The notes under the pieces were generated by a model. It saw only the letters and a list, made by a program, of their open reading frames with translations, was not told the origin of the DNA and searched no databases. DNA of 62,970 nucleotides, counting the filler, from Streblomastix strix (lineage: Eukaryota): the NCBI GenBank assembly GCA_008636045.1. It is 4 parts of 4 records of this genome, joined end to end, with 100 filler letters (N's around TTAATTAATTAA, not from the genome) between each part and the next. Parts side by side here need not be neighbours in the genome. Positions count along the whole stretch, not along the records: positions 31,560 to 47,222 come from SNRW01000952.1; positions 47,323 to 62,970 come from SNRW01000953.1; 2 more parts are not named here. One strand, written 5' to 3'. Of this stretch, positions 39,212 through 53,000 are shown in pieces. The position numbers and the translations under genes were made by a program. Positions within the stretch are counted from its first letter, which is position 1, and every line of letters begins with the position of its first letter.

Positions 39212-40837
39212 ATGACTCAGCACATCATCAAAATAGTATGGGAAGCGACTAATGAAATCAGAAAAATATAAGTGGATGAAGATAAATAGCTTGATGGAGT
39301 GATAGAAAAAGTCCGGAATTTATTTGGAATTTGCAAGATTGGATCTGATGAAGAGCCAAATATTCGATTGTGGTATATAGACAATCATGGAGATGCTATA
39401 TATGTGTCAACATCAGAAGAATTGAGGATTGGATTGAGATCAACGTTGCATGGCGAGCTTGTTTTATTTGGAAGTTTACTCCAAAGAAATTAATCATCTG
39501 ATTAAAGTGGGAATAACCAATCCGAAAGATATGAAAGTAAAATCAGCCGAGAAAGATAAGTGATAAAAAGATATTATTCAGGGAAGGTTCAAATACCAAA
39601 TGAAGATGAAAATGAAAATCGTTTTCAAAATCAGAGAAGAATGAATAGAAAATTTCATGGTTTGTGTGAATTATTTGGAAATAAGAATTCTAACGAATAA
39701 TATGGATTGAATAACGAAAGATAATAGATGTTTGATGGAAAAAATCTGTGGAAAGGAATTGTTGATTCGATCAGTGTTCCCTTTTGCATCAGGTCATTTG
39801 ATGCAGTAGAATTTAACCAAATGCATAAATTCAATAATAATTAATAAATAATGAAATATTGCGAGGCCCGAAGGGCCGAGCGAAAAAAATTATTTAGTTA
39901 TTATAAATGATTAATAATATTTGGCAAGGCCGAAAGGGCCGAGCGAAATTTTTTTGATCATAATATCTATGTTTTCTTTCCTTTTCAATTAGAGTTGATG
40001 CATCTTCCAATTAATTCTTTTTTGAGTTGATGCAAAATGCATCTGCTCCAAAGGCTAGAGGGAACGCTGGATTCGATTGGAAGATTTACAGGATAAGGAA
40101 GTATTGAAACCGAAAGAATGATTTAATCATTTATTCAGAAGATTCTATAATCACATTCATAATTTGGGAGATAAGGAGATTAATGCTAAGGATAATCAAA
40201 TGAAACAAATTAGAAATCAGAAAGTTAATTTTAATCTTAATCATCTGAGAAAAAGAAAGAAAGAGAAAAAACTAAAGATGAATAATTGTTATGGAATGCA
40301 ATGTTTGAAGATTTCGGACTTGAAGCTGAACGACAAGGATCTTAAAATTAAGAAAAAGAGAAAGAAAAATACAAGGAAAGATAGAACGATATAATTATAG
40401 ATATTGATTTAGGATTTGATAAAGAAGCATAAAAATCTAAAAATTAAGAAAAAGAAAAAGAAAAGAACAATAAATAATAATAATCAGATGAACATAGATA
40501 GAATAATAATAGTGAATATGAATATCCATAGATGTGGCATTAGTTTGGTGATATGGCTCTTCAATTTCTGAATCAGATGAATAAGAACAGATCAAATGGA
40601 TTTGAATAATAGAATTTCAGATCTTAATAAGATTAGATTGGATAGCATGATAGAACAGAAGACTTCCTTGCATGGGAAGGAATCCGTCAATAACAAATAC
40701 AAGCTCAGACACAAACACAACAACAATAATAATCTTCTTCTTCTTCTTCAACATCAATACCCATTGAATTTGCAAAAGGATCATCAGTTGAAGGACAAAA
40801 TGGATCAGAATACAAAGTTGAAGAAAAGAAAGAATGA
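39212..40837 (+). CDS. PB1-domain protein (intron ~39808-39994; in-frame TGA at 40028)
   Basis: N-terminal HIIKIVW..EIRK and OPCA-like LWYIDNHGDAIYVSTSEEL; Q/E-rich C-terminus. Confidence 0.7.
39861..39945. repeat. Two intronic GC-rich mini-hairpins
   Basis: GCGAGGCCC-GAA-GGGCCGAGCG (39861-39882) and GCAAGGCC-GAAAG-GGCCGAGCG (39924-39945). Confidence 0.8.
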
Positions 40838-41727
40838 AAGATTCCAGTTACTGTGTTTATTAATTTTACTGTTAATTGACTTAATCACAACCATTCGCAT
40901 TTCTATTTCAAATTTTTTGTGAATAAACACGAAATATTAACAAAGAATTGATTTTTGTTTATTAATTCATTCTCGTTTTATTCGACTACCCTGATGTCAA
41001 ATGATTAAGAATAATCTTCTGTTGACTAAAAATTGACATAGAGATCAGATTTAATAAAAAAATCTTATGATACATTTGTGATGAAATAATCAAAATAATC
41101 TTTGATTCAATAAATTTATTCATTAAGTTCACCTCTGTTGTGATAAGAGTAAATAATTGAGAGTTAACTGTTAAAGAAAATGAACATAAAATATTCGAAT
41201 TGATTAAAAGAATAAATATATTTGAAAGGAATATTAATATATGTTTGAACCCAGAATATAACGGCCGATTGAATGTTTATAATATAATTTGGTTGCTCGA
41301 CATCGTTATGGAACACCACCTGTAATTAGGCATAAAACGTAAGAAAATTTTATTTTGTAAAATTTAGCTATTCTAAACATTAATAATATTTAAAATCTTC
41401 AATTTTGTATGAAAATTATTTTTTTCTCGTTCAAATTTGCTGTTTAACTAATTAAATAAACTCAATTACGTCTAGAAAATAAATATTACTCAAAAATTGT
41501 AAATATCTCGCAAATTTTATTATATTTTTCATAATTTCAATTTTTTAATTGTTTGTAATAGTTATGCTTTATTTTGCAATTGATTATTTAATTTTTAATC
41601 ATTAATTTTCATCGATATTTATTTTTTAAGAAATTATTAATTTTTCAATATGATTTGAAATGAATTTCATATAAATATAATTATATTATTCTTAAAATTA
41701 TTTTCTTCGAATTTATAAACAGACTGC

Positions 41728-44700
41728 ATGAAAAGCGAAGAATAGGAACCAGAAAAACAGCATTAACAAGGCGAAGTTCTAAAAACGGATCAAAATTCTT
41801 AAGAATAAATTGTTGAAGATGGTTAAAGTAGCACCTCGTCAGATACATCGCAAGTATCCAATAAATATTCTTTTTTATATTGAACTTATCAATTTAATTC
41901 TTGTTTTGATATTTTGTTGAATTAGCTTTCTGTATATATTGATTATGAAGAAATTCTTCGCTAATAACAACTTGTGGTTTGCAATGAATTTTATTTTTCT
42001 TTCTAATCATTTTAATTGATCAATTATAAATCTATTTTAACAGCCAATTCGTCCTTTGGGTATTTTCTGTTATTTATTTTTTATTTTAAATACTTTTTTT
42101 TTATTTTCAGGTCATGGAGCTTTTGGAATGTATTCAAATAATATATTTTTATAATAGTAATATTTCATTTAACATAATATTATTGTATTTTATATCAGTG
42201 TTTATTTGGTGTATGATTGCAAATATGGAATTGTTGCAAATAAAATTATTTAGAAAAAGAAATATGATAAAAAAGAATGGGAAGCTGCTTTGGATATTCA
42301 CGAGTATTATTTACATTTTGAATATAATTAATTATTTCTTGTTATTAATTATTCATTTTCAGAAAAATTTAATCATGTCCATTCATCATGAACCATATTC
42401 ACTAATAAGATGCAGATATGTGTTCAATTCTTGTTACTGAATATTCGAATATGAATGTATGAAAAAATATCTTAATAAATTATATTTAGTATTATTTTTT
42501 ATTGTAGACATTGGAAATTATTGCGAATCAACCCAAAGTTTCCTTACCAATATCAGTTCTCAGAGCATTGATGAAGTAAATTCGTATGAAAACATATTTT
42601 AATTTTATTTTTCTTTAATTTTTATTATAGTTGAAGGAATGCGAATATTTCATGAAGCAGGATTTGTCCATAGGTATTTAAATTAATATAATGATAAATT
42701 ATTAATATTAATATTTTGATATAATATATTTCAGAGACATTAAGTGTGATAATATCCTCTTGCATAATCCACCTGGATCGCAAATTATTCATGCTAAGAT
42801 TTCTGATTTTGGATTCGCAAAGAAAGAAGATTTAATACACGAGCAGACATATTTCGCTGGGTTTGATTATAATTTTCAATTTACATATATTTTACTTTTT
42901 ATTTATTTAGAACACTTCCTTACATGGTATTAAATATATAAATTTTAATAATTTAAATTTATTTCTGGTTTATATAATTTATTCTTTATTCAAAATAATT
43001 TATACTCAAATTTATTTCAGGGACCAGAACTCTTCAGATTACCTTTAATTGTAACATAAAAAGTAGATATTTATGCTCTTGGAATCACATTCTACAAAAT
43101 TATCACACATAAATATCCCGTAAATGAAAGAAATATTAAAGAATAATAAAAGTATATTTTAAATTTTATTTATAACATTAAATATTATTAATTTTCAAAT
43201 AATTTAAATATTTTTAGGAAAATAGCCCAATTGAAAAGTATTGATAAACCATCAGAAATAAAAGATGATATTCATTGGGATCTTCTTTCAAAGATGTTGG
43301 AGTTTGATCCTGATAAAAGAATCTCAGCTGATTAAGCTCTTGCGCATCCATATTTCACATCAATTGAATCTTAGAATGATATTTCGAAAGAACAGAAATA
43401 AATTTCTGACTAAATAGAATGATTTGAATATTCATGAAAAAAGATAATTTACAAAATATGATTCAATTCCTTCTTTCATTTTCCCTGAATCTGAAATATA
43501 GAAATTCATACCAAAAAATATTTCAAACAAGTAGGAATAATCTCTTCATCTTTCAAATTCTTAAATATAATAACTTTCTAACTAATAATATAATTAAGAT
43601 TAGAAAAATGAAACATCATCTTAATAAGAAATGATATAAAAATAATAATATGATTAAGATTAGGTTTATATATCTCCTTACGACAGTTCAACTTTATCAT
43701 TTTCTGATCCACATACAATTTTTAAAGAATCTCAACAATTTTGTACTTCATAAGAATCATAATTTTCTTAATCATCCATTATTTAATAATATTCAAATCT
43801 GCAATTTCAAAATTTTTCTCGTTCTCTTTATAGTCATCATTCTCATTCGCTTGGAAATCCAACTTGGATATCCTAATAATTCTAAGCATCAAAATAATAA
43901 TTGCAAGCTGAAAATGATTTGATGGAAATGAATATACCTTTACAGGAAATTAAAGACAAATTTGAGAAATTTGAAATTTTATCTAAACTTTAAATTGATG
44001 TTAATTGTGTAATTCTTGACAAATAACTTTTTAAGAGTGAATAAAATAAAATAATATCAACTTCAATAGGAATTATTAATTCACTAATAAAAATGCTTCT
44101 GAATCTTCATCTCAAAGAAATTTATCCAATTTATATTATTCCACTATTAACATTCGCAAATAAATATTAAAAAGAACAATAAGATTAAATTCTTGAAATG
44201 AATATATAGAAACTTATTAATAAGCTTTTAAATAGTGAAAATGAAATAATTCTCTCTCATATTATTGAATTTATTTTAAGCTTTATGTTTAAATTTAACA
44301 AACAAATTGAAGAAGGAAAATAAAATCCTTTTAGAGACGAGTTAGATAAAGATGGAACATTAACAAAACTAATTAAAATATTTAGAAATAAAGAATATAT
44401 AAATAAAGATATTAATACACAGTCAGCATGTTGCATTGGAGGTTTATTCAAAGCAATTCCAATTCCTTCTGATTTTGGAAAATCTATTATTTTTCATCTC
44501 AAGAATAATATTATTAGTACAATTATAGGGCAATCCTTCTAAACAATTTATATGCTTACTTTTCTTGCAGAATGCATTGGTATTTATATAAAATTAATTT
44601 AATACTAATTTAATATTTTACAAATTTTGTTTTAAAATTATTATTTATTAGAAAACCATGAATTCATTCTTGAAGATGAGTTTCTTATAAAATTAAACGA

Positions 44701-46263
44701 AATATTGAATGATAAATAAAAAGAAAAATATTATAAATATATTCTAGAGCTAATTATTAAACTTGTGAAATATGGAAATGATAAAACAGTAAATCTTGTA
44801 AAGAAAATGATAAATAATAATATAATTAAAGAACTTCCACATAATTTAAATATAGATATTAGTAAAAATTCAATAGAGTTATTGAAATTAATTGAAGAAC
44901 ATGATATGAATGAAGAAGAAATATAAATATTTAAAAATAATGAAGAAAGAATGAAATAAATAAAGAAATTAGGATAATTTAAAAATTCCAAAGAAAAATT
45001 GAAAATTATTGAATAAGGAGGATTGAATGAAATTTGTGAAGTTATTCATTCATCATTGGAAGGTGATTTAAATTGGAGAAAGTATTATCTTATTGAACTT
45101 GGATGTTTTGCAGCATATGTTTTACTGAACGATAATAAAGAATCATTTCCATTAGCAATTGAATCTAGTGGCATTATTGATGAAATTATTTCTGTTCTCA
45201 ACAAACTTCCGATTCAAAATATTAACCAATTTCTTGTTCTTCCTCTATATAATTTTGTTAATTTATGCAATTATGAATAAAGTAAAACTCTTGTTGACAA
45301 AGGAATTATTAAATCATTACTTAAAGTGTTAAGTAATAATAATTAATCGGTTTTATGTTAATCAACATTTATATTTATGAAAATAATTTATGGAACTGGA
45401 TAATTGGAAGGAGATGGAAAACCAAATCCACTTCTTAAAGAGATGGAGAAAGATGGAACATTAATAAAATTATTTGAAATCTTCAGAAATGATAAAAATA
45501 ATAATAAAGAGATGAAAATATAAGTTGCTTGTTCAATTGGATGCTTATATAAATCTATTCAAATTTCTTCATATTTTGGAAGTTAAATTATAAATCATCT
45601 GAAGGATAATACAAAAAAACTTTTTTAATATATAAATAATTTTTCATTTCTTTCACTCAAGTGTCTTGCTGAATGTATTCGTATGAATATAATTTGATTG
45701 ATTCATAATTAATTCTTAAATTTCAATTTTTTATATTATTTTTGATTTAATATTGAATAGAAAACCATGAACTTATTCTTATAGATGAATTCCTTATTAA
45801 ATTAAACGAATTATTAAATGAAAAACAGATTGAAAATTTTTATAATAATATTCTAAAACTTATTATTAAATTATTTAAATATGGAAATGAAGAAACAAAA
45901 TGTAATATTTAGTAAGAAATAGAACCATAACGTATAAAGCAACTTTCTACAACTGATAATCAAAAAGTTTAACACAAAGCAAACGAACTTTTGAATTTGA
46001 TTAATGAATAAAGAAGAAAAATATAATTATAAGAGAAAGAATAAGAGAAAGAATAAGAATAAAAGTAAGAATAAATAAAAGAATAAGAATAAGAACTAGA
46101 GAAAGAATAATAGAAAGAAAATGAAAAAGAATAAGAATAAGAGAAAGAATAAGAGAAATAATAAGAAAAAGAACAAGAGAAGGAATAAGAATAAGAGAAA
46201 GAATAAGAATAAAAGAAAGAATAAGAATAAGAGAAAGAATAAGAGAAATATGAATAAAAATGA
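41728..46263 (+). CDS. Multi-intron Ser/Thr kinase followed by ARM-like repeats and an E/Q/K-rich tail (break near 43420: fusion, pseudogene or two genes)
   Basis: LG|HGAFG, FVHR|DIKCDNIL, ISDFGFAK, G|TLPYM|GPE, KVDIYALG, MLEFDPDKRISA; downstream NPF/NPL...KDGTL repeats. Confidence 0.8.
46025..46250 (+). repeat. Low-complexity GAATAA/GAGAAA repeat encoding EQEK
   Basis: Tandem GAATAAGAGAAA units in frame with the kinase-ARM gene. Confidence 0.85.
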
Positions 46264-47222
46264 ATTTAGAAGGAATATCATAGATATTAAAAAATTCTGA
46301 AACTAAACAAAGAAGATTGATTAAGGTCAAATTTGAAATAACTTTTATTCAAATTCATTGAGTGTTTTTATTTTAATTTAAATTATCAGTTAATAAAAAC
46401 AAATTATATAAATATATTTTAAAATGACTTCATATAATCGAGTTAATTTTCTATTGGTTGAGTATTATGCCTTACCGTGCATTATTTTTATTCAATCAAG
46501 TATAATTGATTCTTAATTTTATTAATTATTTTTTATTTGGAGAATTAAGGATAATCTTTCAATTTTAAACAAAATTGTTTGTATATTTCAGATTTATTTC
46601 GTTTTTTAAATTTAATTTATACTTTTCAGTCATAAATATTTTTATGAATGATTCAAAATTACCAAGGAAGTTTTCTTTCAATAAATTAAGCACAGAATGG
46701 TCAAATAAATTTAATTTTCTTTTATAATTGCTAATATTTCTCTATGTAATATTTTAAAATAATATTTAATAATTATTTTGTTATTTCTTGTTTCGCTAGC
46801 TCCTCATTAAACTCATTAATAACTCTTTAATAATTTATTTCTTTTATGAATCTTATACTTATTTGACAATTATAATCAAAATAATTTCAATTTTTATAAT
46901 GCTCTTATTTCTTAAATAAATTATCAATTCTTAATCAAAATTTACTACCTAATTTTCTAAAACATTTCTTTTTTTTTATTTCTCATTGCATTCATTCAAC
47001 AGTTTACCGAAAATTATTTTTCTCTTTTTAAAATATTATTCAATTATTTCTCTTTCAAAATAAACTATTTAAAATCATTCAAATAATTTATTTCGTTTAT
47101 AACTTGAATTAATTCAATATTTATTTATTCTAAATATTTTACAAAAGATTTTATTCTTATTCTTTAATTTATTATTTTTTTAATCAGAATCTCTTCAATG
47201 ACAGTTCCTTCTGAATATAATG

Positions 47223-47322
47223 NNNNNNNNNNNNNNNNNNNNNNNNNNNNNNNNNNNNNNNNNNNNTTAATTAATTAANNNNNNNNNNNNNNNNNNNNNN
47301 NNNNNNNNNNNNNNNNNNNNNN
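47223..47322. other. Artificial contig-joining linker
   Basis: N44-TTAATTAATTAA-N44. Confidence 0.98.
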
Positions 47323-47915
47323 ATTTACAGGCGAGTATGTACAAATCAATCTTGCACTTCGCTTCTTTCTCGACCAATACAATGATTTTCCTATCTTTTG
47401 GCAAAAAACCATAATAAATAAATGAAATTAAAAATATAAATATGTAATAAATAATATCGAAACTTATTTGCAAAGTTAATTTTTTATTAAAATAAATATA
47501 TTAACAAATTTACGAAAATACAATTCCGACTGTATTATATTATTTGAGGAAATGACACTGTTTCTCTATTAGTTTCTTATAGATAATTCACACAAAAATT
47601 TTATAATTCGCACTTAAAACCTAACAAATTTAGAAAAATAATTTTTGTTTCTTAAATTAATTATGAAAAATTTTAATAATTAATGTAAATATTTAAAGTT
47701 TATTATTACAAATAACAGTTTACTCAATATCATACAAAAAAATTTCAAAAATACAAAGATTTTTTTTAGTTTTAAATAAAATCGAAAAAATAGTTATTTT
47801 TTTGAAATTTAAGAAAAATCCTTTGATTTTTTTATTTATAAAAATGCGAATTAACTTAATATGCACTCGCATTTTTTTCGCCGATGGTAGTGCGAATTAG
47901 ACGGATTTTACTGTA
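47323..47915 (-). mobile_element. One end of a pogo/Tc1-mariner-like element (TIR 47890-47913 plus TA)
   Basis: - strand TA|CAGTAAAATCCGTCTAATTCGCAC matches the CAGT-start pogo/Tigger TIR pattern; TAATTCGCAC recurs at 47604. The other end is not in the contig. Confidence 0.55.
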
Positions 47916-47963
47916 TTACCGCTTAATTATTCGCCTAGATAAACAAAGTCATAATTGACAAAA

Positions 47964-50900
47964 ATGTAGGACTATATTGCATAAATGTAAACACGCAACT
48001 ACCAACCATCACCAGAATTATAAATGAAACATCAATAGTAATAACTGATGCAAATGTTGAATTATATTATGTAAATGCATGCGCATAATTATCAGCAATC
48101 ACCTGAATTGTCTTTAAAATTATCACCTGAACTGCAACCTGAACAACGCGAAGTTCACGAAGTGCAGGAGGACTATCATCTGAATTTAAGACACCAAAAA
48201 CTAACACCAGAAATAATAAGAGAGTTAACGACTTTATATGATCATGAAATTTAATAGATAATAAATATTAACGAATTATGGTCATAATTTTCATTAATTT
48301 TGGATAAAATTCATTTATATAATGGTAGAAATAGTAGATATATAGTTAGAAATGCCATATTATAATCAAGACCATTTGTATAACGAATTAGGCAAGATAC
48401 TTTAATAGGTTTTCAAAACGAAGAAACAATAGGTATATCTCATGCTAAATAATTAGTACATGAAAAAGATAATAAATAGAATATGGATGCGTAAGACTAA
48501 TAGAGCAAATCACACAATTAATATTGGAAACAAGTGATGGAAGATTAACGAGTCAGACATGCAAATCTATTAAAAGAGATTAAAGAATAAAAAATAATCT
48601 TTAAATAAAAATAAAATGCTGAAGTGTTCAAAAATGTTAAGGATGAAATATAAGAATTTAATGATTAATATAATGATAAGAATTATAGGCCAATTAATGC
48701 CCTGTAGAATACGATTATGTTATGCACTCCACAATTCGAATAAGAGTATGAAAGAATAATAAATTTTGAGCTAAAATATATTTAAAATTAACACGTAAAA
48801 TATGACCCATTCTATGTTCATACCATCAGCCCTACAAAAGAGTATTACAAAAATGATTTGAAAACAATTGAAGATGTTGATGCTTATTTAAATGAAACAT
48901 ATTAAAAAGAATAGAAATTTGCGTTTAAAATTACATTTGATTTTGGGGTGATTATTGAACGAATTGATGGCTAAGAAATCGATTAATAAATAACATATAA
49001 AATTAATCATCCCCTTGAAGGTAGAACAGAGATGAGAGCACCGACAACCATACGCAACCAAATAGACGTTGCGGATGAAAAGAGATTCATTAGAAACCAC
49101 ATTATTCAAATGTAAGAGAAAACCATTATGGACACCAAAGAGAAAATAGTTGGTATATTTTCAATAATGATTCAGGTGTTTCGTCTTCCACATGCAGGCG
49201 CTGGAGGTGGTCGAACAATATCATCATTAAAGAAGCATATTATGAGGCGAGAGATTCGATATATTGACTCTAAGAAAAATAATTAAAATTTATATTTCTT
49301 TCTAGCATATTCACTTATTACGATGCCAGACATTAAGGCCGATGTTGCTGCTGATGGTTCCTCTATTGCTGCAAAGCGTTATAAGGAACATTCATGTATT
49401 GCAGAAGCAAAACGATTATTTTAAAGAATATATGGAAAAAAATTGACGATAATTATTAAGAATTTAATTTTTCAGCAGAAACAAATTAATTTATTTAGAA
49501 CGAAAATTTAAATATAAATGTGTTCACTTACGAAGTAACAACGGCATCATCAACGGCAACCAATTAAGGCAGTTATTATTTATGGAAATAATATAGAAGA
49601 AACGAACAGAACGAAAAAACAAAAGAATTTAATATACTTTTAATAACAGACACAATAATTGAACTATAAACCGCTCATTTATTTTATATAAATGATGTTG
49701 AAGCACTAATTGGTTTAAAATAATGTCCTATTTGAGGTATGCAGGCTTATAAGACCAGAGATTCAAATTTGTAGTCAAAGCTAAAAAAGCACATATAAAA
49801 ATTTTAAAAAAAATGGAGGAAAGATAGTAAAAAAAGTTTATTTAAAAAGATTTCCAAGGCCGTATGTTCCACATATATTGAATAATATTAGCTATAAATA
49901 TCTTCTTGCACATGGTCGAGAGGACGAAATTAAACCTATTAAATATTATATAACATATGATATTGAAACCGTAGAAAGAATTGTTAAAGAATAATTTGAC
50001 GATAATTCAACACAAATTTCAATTCTTGAACCATTATCGATTGCAAGTACAATAAAAATAAAAAAGAAAGTCATTAATGGTTCAAATAACGGCTCCATTG
50101 ATTAAATTTGTTCAATTTATTTTGATATGCGAACCTCTAACTTTATTAATGTATGGATTAAATAGCTGTATAAGGAAACCCGAAAAGTTATAGATTCAAA
50201 CAAATATGAAGATGAGACGTTACCGCAGCACTATGAGGTACCAGCTATTGGCTTCAATTCTTCAAAGTTTGTCGTTACATTGATTCTTAAAAATTTATAA
50301 AACGATGAGTGGCAAAAAATTAAATATCTTGATAGTGGATCAAACGCTAAGTAAATCATCGTTAAACATAACTTAACTGGAATCAAGTTGCGGTTCATCG
50401 ATGCGGTGATTTATTATATGAAAATGAAATTAAAATAATTCATAAAAGATTTCACGCCAACTGCAACGAAGACTACAACAGCTAAGTTAAAGTTTCCGTA
50501 TGAATTCATCAATTACGATAATTATGTTTAAGAGCTCGATAAATCAGAACCATTTCCGATTGAAGCGTTTAAAAACATAATTAAAAATAAAAATATAAGT
50601 CAAGAAAAATATTATAATTATTTATCTATTGCTTAATAATTTTCGAATGGTTGGGATTACCTCCGACACTACAACCTTGAAGATACTCGCTTAATGATTC
50701 GGCCGTTGGATTAACTAATTGATATGTTCTTCAATTATAAAATTGACATGTTGTAGTTTATGTCGATGTCAGCATGTGCTAATGCTATCAAATATGCTTT
50801 TGCTTACTGGGACTTCAAACTGGATTAAGTTTTCACGCCAAAATATGATTATACGTCGTTCGTACTTATATTAAATTATTGGAACACTAAAGTTTAAAAT

Positions 50901-52752
50901 TATCTGGAATAGGATAAAAAAAAATAGAGACACGAGCAACAACATCAAGGAATCCGATTGTGCGTTCTACAGAAAATTATTTCTATCGACAGGATGCCAC
51001 ATTTGTAAAGCACGATTCACAAGCAAAAATCCCCCAACATTAGATAGAATCAACAACGACATAGGCCATTCTGCAGATAATGTAAAACCTTGCTGTTTAT
51101 TCTGCAATAAATTTAAGTCTAATAAGGATGAAAATTTAACAAGATTAATAATACAATTAAAGAATTTTTGTCTGTTGAAGTCACTCCAAATGACAATAAC
51201 CGATGAAGAAATTTATTAAATTTTACGTTCTGGAATCACTATCGGATCATCGTAAGTGATGCATAGATATAACTTTGCAGTTGAAACTAAAACAAATTAA
51301 TTAAAATATATTAATAGAAAGGTCTTCAGCTGAGATACAGACCACATTATGACCCATCTTTTAATGTTAGATTTCAACTGTTAATATCCCAGCGTTATGA
51401 GCTCAGAGCCGCATAAGTTCATTAAATATACAGGTAATAAATTATACATGGCGGGATAAATATTGGCTAAAATTACTTATAAATAAACTGCGAGAAATTT
51501 AATTTATAATCCTTAACGATTTAATGACACTGAAGGAATGCCGTTATTTATCGCAGTTATTAAAGGACACATCGACGAATAACATATAAATGATTTCATT
51601 AATTTTCTTCCAATAATGAGAAACATTGATATAATGACAGATGAAAAAACATTAAGTTCATACATGTATAATCTTCTGCTGAAAAATAATATGTAGCATG
51701 ATAAAATTGAACGAAAACTAACAAATTTATCATCAACTCATGGGCAATTCATGTCGTTCAATAATTCTTATTTATGGTTTCTCTTAGATGATTTTCATTT
51801 CATTATTGACGATATTTAATGTGTTACAACTTTCTCGAATCACGACAGATTCAATCCTTTTGTTAAGGAATTTATGAGTCAAAGAATATAGACAATAAAT
51901 GGGAAAAATAATGGAAAACAATAGTTCTATAAATTTGCTATGAACTTAAGCTATGGAAGTGATGGGATGAATTAAGAAAAATATTCGCAAACGAAATTGT
52001 TGAGCTCTGATAGGACATGGTTGCCTCACCTCTAAGGTTCATTCGTTAATGATTAATAATTAACAGATGATTTATTTGCTGTGTAATTTAATCCTGAGAG
52101 CTGCAGCTGTAGCACCTCCATCCATTCTGCTTATTTCGTGTTAGATAATAGCAAATATTGGTATATAAATTTTATTTATAATTTTATGTATAAAGCATTC
52201 GATATGAATAGGATGCACTATATCTGTGGTGATACTGATTCGATGACATGGGCCATCGGCGGCAACCCCAGTGCTGAGGAGGGATATAGGAAGAAGTTTA
52301 AATATGTTGTAAAAGACCAGAAATTTTTCGATGAAAATTAACCTTTATTCTTTGGCTAATATAAACAATATTTGGAAGTCTGTTATGAGGCAGAAGGAAC
52401 AGCTTGCATCTCTTTAACGCCAAAAATTCATTACATTTATATAAATCCTTACCTAATGAAAAAGAAAAGGATTATAATTATTGTTTGAAAAGAATAATAA
52501 AAAAATAATATGTTCAATTAAACGATGAAGAATTCAAATAATCATTAAATGGTGAACAAATTTATGCTAAAAATATTATCATTGGTTAAAGAAATAAATA
52601 AAAAATCAAAAATATAAATAAATAAAGTTGGTTTTTCATCCATTCATAATAAAATGGTTGCTCTTGATAATTAATGCTGTGCTCCGTTCCTGTATATTAA
52701 CGGATAACAATTGAGCTTAGATAATTATGTAATTTCAAATGATGAACACTGA
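47964..52752 (+). pseudogene. polB: Second protein-primed PolB with internal HNH domain; disrupted
   Basis: ITYDIET, IGFNSSKF, YNLED, CHIC...TLDRINNDIGHSADNVKPCCLFCN, LDFNCQYPSV, YKFAMNLSYG, CGDTDS. Start approximate. Confidence 0.9.
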
Positions 52753-52799
52753 TGAAAACGTAATTTTGGCACGGGAAAATGGATTGGATAATGAATGAC

Positions 52800-52890
52800 T
52801 TTTGACTGCACCGAGTGCATCGAGTGCATCGAGTCAAAAACTTTGATTAAAAACTGCTGCCAGCCTGCCATTCTGCCAGAAGTGAGAAAA
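52800..52890. repeat. Hairpin plus conserved non-coding motif shared with 62454-62515
   Basis: TTTTGACT...AGTCAAAA stem with CGAGTGCAT tandem, then GCTGCC.GCCTGCCATTCTGCCAGAAGTGAGAAAAA. Confidence 0.75.
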
Positions 52891-53000
52891 ATGAATAAAA
52901 ATAAATAGGGTTATCCTCCGCCTGCGGCTGTTCAAAAGTTATTTGAATCATTAACATCTCCATTTATGCCTTTAATTGTTTTATTTTTGCAAGAAATAAA

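Noticed and set aside
46001..46330. Very hydrophobic - strand ORFs in the ORF track
   Set aside because: Antisense shadow of the EQEK low-complexity coding repeat.
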